Program-made: the position numbers and the translations under genes
The notes under the pieces: model-generated
Seen by the model: the letters and a program-made list of their open reading frames with translations, nothing else
What the model was told of the DNA's origin: nothing
The model's database searches: none
Part shown: positions 10,951-20,900 of the stretch, piece after piece
Position numbering within the stretch: position 1 is the stretch's first letter
Layout: every line of letters starts with the position of its first letter
Origin: a virus
Taxonomy: Duplodnaviria; Caudoviricetes
Length of the DNA stretch: 64,000 bases
Strand: one strand, 5' to 3'
Virus record (IMG/VR): IMGVR_UViG_3300043409_003130
Location: 1-64,000 of that record

Positions 10951-13900
10951 GTGGCAGTTCAAGTTAAACTTACCTCAGTTAAAAAATTAAGTTCAGTTAG
11001 TACAGCGGCAATGGTTGAACTATCTAACTTTAATTTTACACAAATTGCATCCGCCGTTAGAGAATTTTTAGTATCTATTAGTTATCAACAAGGAGTTGAT
11101 GCCGTATCCGTTGATATTAATACAATTTCAGCCGATACTTTAAATATTAGAAATGGACTTTCGGTATATGGTGCTCAATTAGAAAGTGGTAATTATCCAA
11201 AAGTTATTGAATTAGACCCAAGCGGCTCAATTATTTCTAAAAATATTATATTAGAAGATGTAGTTGATGCAAGGCGAGTTAGATTAAGAGTTTTTGGACT
11301 TTTACCAAGTGTAGGTATTCCTGGTGAACTGGTATATATTGGTACTCAACTTTCTAAATCTGAAGGAATTTACGTTTGGTTAAATTCAACCGGCTGGACC
11401 CTATTGGCTGGAGGAAATGGAGTTGCTAAGTGTATGCAAGAGGTTTCAATGACAGCCACCTCTAATGTTATTAGTGCAGATAATTCAGTTGTTTCTCCTC
11501 AAGGTTTATTTCTATTTCCAGCCCCGCTTGCTGCAACTGGTTTTTTACTATTTGTTAATGGCCATCAAATTACAGTAGGAAATTCGGACTTAACTGCCCC
11601 GGCCTATTTAAGTAAAGATGCTGGAGTCACTGCCTCTTCTTTTAATGAAGTTGATGTGACAGATCAATTATATTGGAATCCATCAGTTGCTGGATTTAAT
11701 TTAGATACTTCTGATACAATTACACTAAGGTATTTTACAGAAGATCCATATTGTTCGCAAACTGGCTATACTTGCATAACCGGAATTTCAAGCTCTTCTA
11801 CTACTACTTGGAATCAATTTACTATTCAAATAATTGGAACCCCAACTGAGCCCGGCCCAATTACTATTTGTAAAATACCTAATTTAACTACCGGCTCTGC
11901 CACTTTACCTACCGGATATTCATTAAGTAATACAATATTATCATATACAATATCTGATCCAACTGGAATCTATCCAACTGGAGCAATTATTAAATTTAAA
12001 GTACCTCAATCACTAAGTGAAGCCGAGTTTAATTTAATTAAAATATTTCATGAGGTTGATTCAGTACTCGTTGATGAAACCGTTAAGGTTGGAGATATTG
12101 TTGGAGATTTATATATTCCAAACTATGCAAGCCGATTAATTTATGCACAAGTAGATTCGTTTAGTCCATTTTATTTAATTCAAGGCCAGAGTATCACAAC
12201 TACTACAAGTTCAACAAGTACAACCACTACTCTTAACTTAACTACAACTACTACCTGTGCGCCTAATTTAATAAATTATTTAATACCTAGTGTATTAGCA
12301 CCAACGCAAATTACTTTTTATGGAACTCCGGCGGGTCCGTTCAATGTAGTATTTACCGATTCAGCCGGCGGAGTCCATGACTTAACCGGCATAACTGGCT
12401 CAATGATTAGATTAGGTTGGAATTTTAACTTAAATAATCCAAACTATTCAGGTATTCCATCTACTGTTGGAACATATATATTTACAAATTCATCAAATTG
12501 TTCTTATACAATTTCAGTACCAGTACCTGAGCTTAATACAACCACAACAACTACTCAAGCCTATGCAGGTGGAACTACCTCTACCTCTACCACAACGACA
12601 ACCACAGCTTCGTGTGCAAACTCATTAACTGCAACCCCTAATCCATTTAATAATCCAGCAACGATAACTTTTGTAGGCTCGCCGATCGGTCCATATTCAG
12701 TTATGTTTACTGAATTAGATAGTGGAATTCAATATTATTTGGGTGCAGGAATTAAAACTCCATGGGTATTTGATAGAAAAAATTACTACTTAGGCGCTAT
12801 TAATAGTTCATATGGAACCTATAAATTTATTTCGCCTATTTGTACTATTAATATACCTGTAATTAGAGCAACAACATCAACTAGTACAACCAGTACCTCA
12901 ACGAGCACTACAAGTACCTCAACGAGTACAACTAGTACTACAAGTACAACCACAGCAGCACCAACTAGTACCTCAACTACTACAAGTACAACTACTGCTG
13001 AGCCAACTACTACGAGTACTACAAGTACAACAACGGCTGAGCCAACTACTACGAGTACTACAAGTACAACAACGGCTGAGCCAACTACTACGAGTACTAC
13101 AAGTACAACAACGGCTGCTCCAACAAGTACAACCAGTACAACAACCGCTGCTCCGACTAGCACAAGTACAACCAGTACAACAACCATTGCATTCCAAACT
13201 CTAACTGGCTATGTTAATAATAATTCAACTAAATTCTGTGCAGCCAATGCAAATAGTGCATTTACAGTCTATACTGCAGCGGATTCAACGCTAGCCTCTG
13301 CCTATGCTAATAGTTCTCCAACTCGTGGTATTTTCTCAGATACTGCATTAACAACCCTAGCTGCTGCAGGTATTTACGGTAACTCAGATGGAGGAAGCGG
13401 AGTCATTTGGTATGATTGGAGTGGTGCAGCATTTACTGCGACTGGTACTTGTGCAGTCGGTTCAACTACTACTACTACTAGTACAACTGCTGCTCCAACT
13501 AGTACAAGTACTACAAGTACAACAACTATTGCATTCCAAACACTAACCGGCTATTCTAATAGTAATTCAACTAAATTCTGTGCAGGCGATGCAACAAATA
13601 CAGCGGTTACTGTCTATACAGCAACCCAAACAACATTAGCCGCTGCCTATGCTAATAGTGCTCAGATTTTCTCAGACACTACATTAACAACCTTAGCTGC
13701 TGCAGGTATTTACGGTAACTCAGATGGAGGCACTTGGTATACTTGGAATGGTACTGCATTTACCACAACTGGTACTTGCGCAGGCGGTTCAACTACTACA
13801 AGTACAACTACTGCTGATCCAACTACTACTAGTACTACAAGTACAACAACGGCTGAGCCAACTACTACGAGTACTACAAGTACAACAACGGCTGAGCCAA

Positions 13901-14397
13901 CGACTACCAGTACTACAAGTACAACAACCGCTGAGCCAACGACTACCAGTACAACAAGTACAACAACCGCTGAGCCAACGACTACCAGTACAACAAGTAC
14001 AACTACTGCTGAGCCAACGACTACCAGTACAACAAGTACAACTACTGCTGCAGCCTCACCAACTAGTACTACAACAACTACTGTAGCTCCAAATACATTT
14101 AATGTAACTGCGAGTGGTTCATCTGCTTATATAATAAATGGACAATCAAATCCAACACTAACACTATTTGAAGAACAAACTTATACATTTAATATAGCTG
14201 CAACTGGCCATCCATTTTGGATTAAACTCGTAAGCTCAACCGGTCCATACAATGAATATCCTGGTATAACTAATAACGGTACAGATAATGGATCAATATC
14301 ATTTACTGTGCCACCTGGTGCAGCTAGCGGCAGCCCTATTTATTATAATTGTGAAAATCATATTAGTATGGCAGGTACAATTAATATATCAGCGTAA
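10951..14397 (+). CDS. Mucin-like Thr/Ser/Pro-rich putative virion surface protein with C-terminal cupredoxin-like domain (GTG start)
   Basis: Contains (AEPTTTSTTSTTT)n arrays and a duplicated Cys-bounded domain. C-terminus GHPFWIK...YYNCENHISMAG has His/Cys/His/Met type-1 copper-like ligands. Confidence 0.65.
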   Translation: MAVQVKLTSVKKLSSVSTAAMVELSNFNFTQIASAVREFLVSISYQQGVDAVSVDINTISADTLNIRNGLSVYGAQLESGNYPKVIELDPSGSIISKNIILEDVVDARRVRLRVFGLLPSVGIPGELVYIGTQLSKSEGIYVWLNSTGWTLLAGGNGVAKCMQEVSMTATSNVISADNSVVSPQGLFLFPAPLAATGFLLFVNGHQITVGNSDLTAPAYLSKDAGVTASSFNEVDVTDQLYWNPSVAGFNLDTSDTITLRYFTEDPYCSQTGYTCITGISSSSTTTWNQFTIQIIGTPTEPGPITICKIPNLTTGSATLPTGYSLSNTILSYTISDPTGIYPTGAIIKFKVPQSLSEAEFNLIKIFHEVDSVLVDETVKVGDIVGDLYIPNYASRLIYAQVDSFSPFYLIQGQSITTTTSSTSTTTTLNLTTTTTCAPNLINYLIPSVLAPTQITFYGTPAGPFNVVFTDSAGGVHDLTGITGSMIRLGWNFNLNNPNYSGIPSTVGTYIFTNSSNCSYTISVPVPELNTTTTTTQAYAGGTTSTSTTTTTTASCANSLTATPNPFNNPATITFVGSPIGPYSVMFTELDSGIQYYLGAGIKTPWVFDRKNYYLGAINSSYGTYKFISPICTINIPVIRATTSTSTTSTSTSTTSTSTSTTSTTSTTTAAPTSTSTTTSTTTAEPTTTSTTSTTTAEPTTTSTTSTTTAEPTTTSTTSTTTAAPTSTTSTTTAAPTSTSTTSTTTIAFQTLTGYVNNNSTKFCAANANSAFTVYTAADSTLASAYANSSPTRGIFSDTALTTLAAAGIYGNSDGGSGVIWYDWSGAAFTATGTCAVGSTTTTTSTTAAPTSTSTTSTTTIAFQTLTGYSNSNSTKFCAGDATNTAVTVYTATQTTLAAAYANSAQIFSDTTLTTLAAAGIYGNSDGGTWYTWNGTAFTTTGTCAGGSTTTSTTTADPTTTSTTSTTTAEPTTTSTTSTTTAEPTTTSTTSTTTAEPTTTSTTSTTTAEPTTTSTTSTTTAEPTTTSTTSTTTAAASPTSTTTTTVAPNTFNVTASGSSAYIINGQSNPTLTLFEEQTYTFNIAATGHPFWIKLVSSTGPYNEYPGITNNGTDNGSISFTVPPGAASGSPIYYNCENHISMAGTINISA
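12997..13113 (+). repeat. 39-bp tandem repeat x3 (AEPTTTSTTSTTT)
   Basis: Unit gctgagccaactactacgagtactacaagtacaacaacg read directly from the sequence. Confidence 0.9.
13186..13782 (+). repeat. Internal duplication of an ~85-90 aa domain (IAFQTLTGY...TGTCA), copies starting at 13186 and 13528
   Basis: Both copies contain NSTKFCA, IFSDT.LTTLAAAGIYGNSDGG and AFT.TGTCA. Confidence 0.9.
13813..14046 (+). repeat. 39-bp tandem repeat x6 (A[D/E]PTTTSTTSTTT)
   Basis: Six consecutive 13-codon units read directly from the sequence. Confidence 0.9.
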
Positions 14398-14422
14398 ACC
14401 TACTTTACTTTATTAGTATAAT
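14396..14422 (+). promoter_or_regulatory. Candidate promoter AAAC-N14-TAGTATAAT
   Basis: The same bipartite motif recurs before the genes at 28401, 52081, 53088 and 57821. Confidence 0.6.
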
Positions 14423-14427
14423 TTAGT

Positions 14428-15384
14428 ATGTTAACAAAGAAAATCGTATTTTTATCAGCTCAACCAGATGTGCCGTATTTTCATTGGCAAGTTGAGGTAA
14501 TGATTCATAATTTTATTAAACACGGAATTAATCCAAATTGGATTGAAATTCTATGGGCATACGATAATGAACCTTCTGTAGAACTATTATCATTAAGTGC
14601 AAAATATCCATATGTTAGATTTTTTAGCTATAAAAAAACCCCTATTGATAATTTTGGATATATTCCAATTCTGAGGCCTGATATTATTGAACAACACTTT
14701 ATTAAGTATCCAGAACTTAGAGGTGAAACTATTTTATATCATGATTCAGATATTATTTTTAGAGAATTACCAAATTTTGATGAAATGCACGGGGATCTTT
14801 ATTGGTATTTAAGCGATACAATTTCGTATATTGGTGCTGAATATATTAGATCAAAATCAAATGATCTATTTGTTGATATGTGTAATATTGTTGGAATTTT
14901 ACCAGAGGTGGTTGATCAAAATCAAAAAAATTCAGGCGGAGCCCAATATTTAATGAAAGGCGTAACCGCTAATTATTGGAAAGGTGTAAAAGATGATTCA
15001 CTAGCTCTTTACAAATATATGGTAGATCGAGAAAATTTAGAAAGAACCACCTTAACTCCAGAAGAATTACAGGTGTATAATCCTGTTCAAAAATGGTGTG
15101 CTGATATGTGGGCAGTTCTTTGGGGAGCTTGGAAATTAGGTGCACAAACGGTAATTGAGCCCGGCCTTTCATTTAGTTGGGGTAGTTCTAATTTAGCTGA
15201 ATATTTAAATAATAATATAATGCACAATGCTGGAATTACCTCAAATCAAGAAGGCAAGGTTTTTTATAAAGGAGAATTTATTAATAAGAATCCATTTGAA
15301 TTTGATTTTTCCAATATAGATCAGGATACTGCATCCGCTAAATATGTAGATGCAATTATTTATGCAAAAGAAATGAGGTCCTAA
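14428..15384 (+). CDS. GT-A glycosyltransferase resembling plant peptidyl-serine alpha-galactosyltransferase (SGT1, GT96) / hydroxyproline arabinosyltransferase (HPAT, GT95)
   Basis: Motif pairs with SGT1 as recalled: YFHWQ..MIHNF (YFDWQ..LMHSF), YIPILRP (YPAINKP), ILYHDSDIIFR with a DxD (VILDADMIIR), KWCADMWAVLWGA (GWISEMYGYSFGA). Confidence 0.7.
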   Translation: MLTKKIVFLSAQPDVPYFHWQVEVMIHNFIKHGINPNWIEILWAYDNEPSVELLSLSAKYPYVRFFSYKKTPIDNFGYIPILRPDIIEQHFIKYPELRGETILYHDSDIIFRELPNFDEMHGDLYWYLSDTISYIGAEYIRSKSNDLFVDMCNIVGILPEVVDQNQKNSGGAQYLMKGVTANYWKGVKDDSLALYKYMVDRENLERTTLTPEELQVYNPVQKWCADMWAVLWGAWKLGAQTVIEPGLSFSWGSSNLAEYLNNNIMHNAGITSNQEGKVFYKGEFINKNPFEFDFSNIDQDTASAKYVDAIIYAKEMRS

Positions 15385-15440
15385 TTTATTATCTAGGTTT
15401 TTGCTGATAAATAATATCAGAAGAAAAAACCTTTACCTAG

Positions 15441-17732
15441 ATGTCGAATAAGATTAAAATTAAACAAATTGACCTTGCCGGGGTTTCTCAAGATAATACT
15501 AAAACTAGATTTCTAGCAATAAATGATACTGGAACAGTAGTATATTGGAATGATTCTCCACAGGCTGGAACAAGTGGAACAGGTGGATCAGGCTCTAGTG
15601 GAACTTCTGGTACATCAGGTATAAGTGGTTCAAGTGGAATTTCTGGTTCTAGTGGAACTTCCGGTACATCAGGTATAAGTGGTTCAAGTGGAACTTCTGG
15701 TATGGATGGTTCAAGCGGCACATCTGGTACATCAGGCGTAAATGGTTCAAGCGGTTCTTCTGGAACTTCAGGTATAAGTGGTTCAAGTGGAACATCCGGA
15801 ACCGGCTCGTCAGTTGCAATACAGACAAGCGGAACTTCTGTTTTATCAAATACTCAAATAATAAATTTTGGTTCAGGCCTTACGGTTTCAACTTCTGGAA
15901 CATCAGGTCAAGTTGATGTAGCTGCCTCTGGTGGTTCAATTCAATTTTATGATGAAGGCGGGCTCGTTGGATCATATGCAAAGGTTAACTTTGTTGGAAC
16001 CAGTGTTTATGCAGCTGAAAAACCTGGAGACGCTTCAACAATCAACATCTATATTCCAACACCAACATATGCAAGTAATTATAATTCAACTTCTGGAACA
16101 AGTTCAGGCGCAGTTAGTGAAAGCGGAATTACTAGAAGAACTGTTCGAATTAGCTCTCCAACAACAGAAGGTTCTCCATATTATACTGGTGGAGGTTCAA
16201 ATTCACTGTGGGCTGCAACCTCTCAAGCCTCGGTAACACATACAACCTCTCAACCGACTGTTACTTTTTCAACAGCAAATGCGGTAACTGGAGTTGGTGG
16301 AAATTCAACGGTTAAAGTCGAAATGTTTAGCGGAGATGGAACCACCGTCCTTGCAACATATACAACTCCGTCAATCACTGCAAATGCGGTAAATACCTCT
16401 TCTTCGCCGAACGCCGGAATAACTGTAACTATTACTAATTATGCAGCAGACGGTTTAAAATATAAAGCCTCAATTGTAGCAGCGGTAAATGTTGGAACGG
16501 TATTTACGGCAGTTTCATTAAGCGGCGGCCGATATAATATTAAAGTAACACATACTACGGATACGGCAACTGACGGTGGAACTGAATATTCATATATTCA
16601 ACCTGGTGCTTTTTATGACTTAAATGGCTCTACTCCAAGTTTTGGAGGTGCATCGGTTGCTACCATTTCTGAATCAGGTACCTCAGGTAATATTTTAACA
16701 AAACACCTTAGTGGCGTTGAATATTATATTCTTGGTTCTAGATTTGTAGGCGCGGTTGATAAAATTAATAATTTAAATCAAAATACACAGGGCCGAGCAA
16801 ATGCCGCAAATACAAATTTTTCATTTACTGCAGCAAATTATGGAGTTACAGCACTTGCTGAATATTCATGGTCTCAAGGACCTGGTACATGGACTGGCTG
16901 GACCAATGCCTATGACAATACTGATGCCAGCTATTCCTATGCAAGTTGGGATGTTTCTACCTCAAATTATAGATATCGTGGAACTAGTGGAAGTGCCTCG
17001 GCTATATTATATGATCCATGGAGCAATAGTGCAACCAATACTTCAGCCAATACTTCAATACTAGTAGACTCATATTCAACCTCAGGTAATAGCACTCAAT
17101 ATATTGAGTATTTTAATGATGAACAGTGGAGATTAGCCTCAAACTATTCAACTGCATGGGATCCAACTGCTGCTTTATCAAATGGCGAAGCTTGTGTTGT
17201 TGGTGGAACCATCGTTAGACCAGATAGATTCTTTTTAACTGATCCAAGTACGGCAACTATTCAACCTAATCTTGCTGCGTATAAACCTGATAAAAATGGT
17301 ACAAATCCTAACTATACCGGTTTTTCAAATGATGCAAGTTTTTATAGGTTATTTTATACAACACTAAGTGCCTCAGTTACTCCAATTCCAAGCTTTTCAA
17401 TGGTATTTTCTGGAACCTTTGTTGGTACTGCACTAAGCGATTTACAAAATCAATATTTAAAAGTATTTGTTAGAAAAATTGGAGCAACATCCGGTAACTA
17501 TGGAACAGGTTCACCGCCTCTTCTACTACATGGTGCAGAATATGATAATGGTACATTTGTTGATGGAAGTACATCAGGTACTGATACTCCAGGAATTAGA
17601 TTAGGCTCTTCAAGTGGAGGTACAATTAATGGTACCTTTGGAGGATTTAATGCAACAAACGGAATATATGTTGAAATTAGAATTTGTAATAGTGGAATAA
17701 AAATTGATACAGTAACCGTTGCCTTTAATTAA
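15441..17732 (+). CDS. Putative virion structural protein with N-terminal G-[ST]-S repeats
   Basis: MSNKIKIKQI start, then roughly 27 GTS/GSS/GIS triplets and a Ser/Thr-rich beta-type body. Preceded by ATAAATA at 15407. Confidence 0.6.
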   Translation: MSNKIKIKQIDLAGVSQDNTKTRFLAINDTGTVVYWNDSPQAGTSGTGGSGSSGTSGTSGISGSSGISGSSGTSGTSGISGSSGTSGMDGSSGTSGTSGVNGSSGSSGTSGISGSSGTSGTGSSVAIQTSGTSVLSNTQIINFGSGLTVSTSGTSGQVDVAASGGSIQFYDEGGLVGSYAKVNFVGTSVYAAEKPGDASTINIYIPTPTYASNYNSTSGTSSGAVSESGITRRTVRISSPTTEGSPYYTGGGSNSLWAATSQASVTHTTSQPTVTFSTANAVTGVGGNSTVKVEMFSGDGTTVLATYTTPSITANAVNTSSSPNAGITVTITNYAADGLKYKASIVAAVNVGTVFTAVSLSGGRYNIKVTHTTDTATDGGTEYSYIQPGAFYDLNGSTPSFGGASVATISESGTSGNILTKHLSGVEYYILGSRFVGAVDKINNLNQNTQGRANAANTNFSFTAANYGVTALAEYSWSQGPGTWTGWTNAYDNTDASYSYASWDVSTSNYRYRGTSGSASAILYDPWSNSATNTSANTSILVDSYSTSGNSTQYIEYFNDEQWRLASNYSTAWDPTAALSNGEACVVGGTIVRPDRFFLTDPSTATIQPNLAAYKPDKNGTNPNYTGFSNDASFYRLFYTTLSASVTPIPSFSMVFSGTFVGTALSDLQNQYLKVFVRKIGATSGNYGTGSPPLLLHGAEYDNGTFVDGSTSGTDTPGIRLGSSSGGTINGTFGGFNATNGIYVEIRICNSGIKIDTVTVAFN

Positions 17733-17747
17733 AAATAAATCATAATA

Positions 17748-17975
17748 ATGGAAAAAAGCTTTGATAAAAAACTAAAAGTAAAAATAAATAAAGAAAAACA
17801 GTCAGTGTCTTTAAGTATGAAGGTTTCAGATGAAATGGTTAACGTATTTAAAACTAGTCTAAACGAATTTAATATTATGGTTGCTGAATATCAAGCTCAG
17901 CTATTTAGTTTAGAAATTGATGAAAATACTATAGTACCTTCAACTGAAATAGATGAAACACCTGAAATAATTTAA
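17748..17975 (+). CDS. Small hypothetical protein, possible fibre chaperone
   Basis: 75-aa ORF filling the gap between two fibre-like genes; acidic C-terminus. Confidence 0.55.
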   Translation: MEKSFDKKLKVKINKEKQSVSLSMKVSDEMVNVFKTSLNEFNIMVAEYQAQLFSLEIDENTIVPSTEIDETPEII

Positions 17976-17982
17976 TAATTAA

Positions 17983-20900
17983 ATGGCCGGATATACTGAT
18001 AGTGAAAGATTAAAACTAGTATTTAAAGTTCAAGCAGCAAACGTAATAGATGCTGCCTCTAATTTTAGTTGGTATGAGGCCAAATTTGCTTTTAATCCAA
18101 ATATTGCAGCAAATAGGGTATTAACTCAGTTTGCGACAATTAAAGCTAACCCAGTTGCAAATAAAGCAGCTGCTCTTGCTTTATTAGGCACCGGAAATCC
18201 ACTAGATGGAATAGTTGCAAATGCATATACTACTGGAATAAGATTAACTCAAGTTATATCTGGTAATAATACTACCTGGGTAGTAGCCGGTACCTATGGA
18301 GATATAACAACTCAAATACTTGATTGGATTCAACCTCAAAAGATTTTACAAACAAGCGGCTCACCATCAATCGGTTGGGCTATTGAATTTTGGAATGGTG
18401 ATCCTGCCAGCGGAGGTACCCAAATTACAACAACTGCTAATGCTGGTACTGAGGTAAGTTGGGTATTTAATTATGATAATGGTCTTTTATTATTATCAGA
18501 TTCAATGGTAACCTATTTAACTTCAACATATGGAACAATTAATCCATATATTCGTGGTTTTTATTATATTGGTGATACCCTTGCGGATAGTGTAGGTACG
18601 AGTGGAACATCTGGTACATCAGGTATTACTGGGTCAAGTGGAACTAGCGGCTCTTCTGGAACCTCAGGTTTAAGTGGAAGCTCTGGAACTTCAGGTTTAA
18701 GCGGAAGCTCAGGAACAGCAGGTTCGTCTGGAACATCTGGTTCAAGCGGTACTTCCGGTATAGATGGTTCAGCTGGAACCTCAGGTTCAAGTGGAAGCTC
18801 TGGAACCTCAGGTTCAAGTGGAAGCTCTGGAACATCTGGTATAGACGGTTCTTCTGGAACTTCAGGTTCAAGCGGTAGCTCTGGTTCTTCAGGTTCAAGC
18901 GGAACTTCAGGTTCTGATGGTTCAAGTGGTAGCTCTGGTTCTTCTGGTTCAAGTGGAACCTCAGGATCAAGCGGTTCAAGTGGTAGTTCAGGTTCAAGCG
19001 GAACTTCTGGTTCTAGTGGAACGGCCGGTTCGAGTGGAACTTCTGGTATTTCAGGAATAAACGGAACGTCTGGTTCTAACGGTACTTCTGGTACAGCCGG
19101 TTCAAGTGGAACTTCTGGTTCGTCTGGAACTTCTGGGTCTAATGGTTCTAGTGGAACTTCTGGTTCTAATGGTTCAAGTGGAACAAGTGGTATAAATGGA
19201 TCAAGCGGTACTTCTGGTATTTCCGGTATAAATGGAACATCTGGTTCAAGCGGAACTTCTGGTTCATCTGGAACCTCTGGGTCTAATGGTTCAAGCGGAA
19301 CTTCCGGTACTTCTGGTTCTAGTGGAACGGCCGGTTCTAGTGGAACAAGTGGTATAAATGGTTCTTCCGGAACTTCAGGTATATCAGGAATAAATGGAGC
19401 AGCAGGTTCAAATGGAACTTCTGGTACATCAGGTTCTGACGGTTCAAGTGGTAGTTCGGGTATTTCTGGTTCAAGTGGTTCTTCCGGTTCAGATGGTTCA
19501 AGCGGTAGTTCAGGAACATCTGGTTCAAGTGGTACTTCTGGTATAAATGGTTCTTCCGGAACTTCCGGTATTTCTGGTATAAATGGAACATCAGGTTCAA
19601 GTGGAATAAGCGGTAGTTCAGGTTCAAGTGGAACAAGTGGAATTTCTGGAACTTCTGGTTCTAGTGGAATTTCTGGTTCTTCAGGTTCAAGTGGTTCTTC
19701 TGGTTCTTCAGGTTCAAGTGGTTCTTCTGGTTCAAGCGGTAGCTCAGGAACATCAGGTTCAGATGGTTCAAGCGGAACTTCTGGTACAGCTGGAACATCA
19801 GGTTCAAGTGGTACGTCTGGTATAAATGGTTCAAGCGGAACAAGTGGTATAAATGGTTCAAGCGGAACTTCTGGTATTTCAGGAATAAATGGAACATCAG
19901 GTTCAAGTGGAATAAGTGGTAGCTCAGGAACTTCCGGTTCAAGCGGTAGCTCAGGTATTTCAGGTTCAAGCGGTACTTCTGGAATTGACGGTTCATCTGG
20001 AACTTCAGGTTCAAGTGGAATAAGCGGTAGCTCTGGTTCTTCTGGTTCAAGTGGAACCTCAGGATCAAGCGGTTCAAGTGGTGAATCTGGTTCAAGCGGA
20101 ACTTCTGGTTCTTCTGGTACATCAGGTTCAAGTGGAACAAGCGGTATAAATGGTTCAAGTGGCACTTCTGGTATTTCTGGTATAAACGGTACTTCAGGTT
20201 CAAGCGGAATAAGTGGTAGCTCAGGAACATCAGGAATAAGTGGTAGCTCAGGAACTTCAGGGGTAAACGGTACCTCCGGTACATCAGGTTCAAGCGGTAT
20301 AGACGGTTCAAGTGGTACTTCAGGAACGGCTGGTTCTTCTGGTACGGCTGGTTCGAGCGGTAGTTCTGGTTCTTCCGGTTCAAGCGGTTCATCTGGTTCA
20401 AGTGGAACTTCTGGTTCTTCTGGTTCAAGTGGTAGCTCGGGTATTTCAGGTTCAAGTGGAACTTCTGGTATATCCGGTATAAATGGAACGTCTGGTTCAA
20501 GTGGAACTTCTGGTATATCGGGATCAAGTGGAACTTCTGGTATATCAGGATCAAGTGGAACTTCTGGTATTTCAGGTTCAAGCGGTAGTTCTGGTTCTTC
20601 GGGAATAGACGGTTCAAGTGGAACTTCCGGTTCAAGTGGTAGCTCTGGTACTTCAGGTTCAAGCGGTATATCCGGTTCTTCAGGTACATCCGGTACAGCT
20701 GGAACATCTGGTTCAGACGGTTCTTCTGGTACATCAGGTTCAAGTGGAACATCCGGTATAAATGGTTCTTCTGGAACATCGGGTATTTCTGGTATAAATG
20801 GAACATCAGGTTCAAGTGGTACATCCGGTTCAAGTGGTATTTCAGGTTCAAGTGGTACTTCAGGAATAAGCGGTAGCTCCGGTACATCTGGTATATCCGG

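Noticed and set aside
12140-12180. AQVDSFSPF as a GPS/ZU5-like autoproteolysis site
   Set aside because: Lacks the His of the HFS/HLT consensus; the resemblance is too weak to call.
12997-14046. 39-bp repeats as a possible CRISPR array
   Set aside because: Repeats are head-to-tail with no unique spacers, lie in frame within a CDS, and no cas genes are present.
12819-14086. Val-rich, Cys-rich and Gln-rich ORFs overlapping the Thr arrays
   Set aside because: Alternative-frame or antisense translations of ACN repeats.
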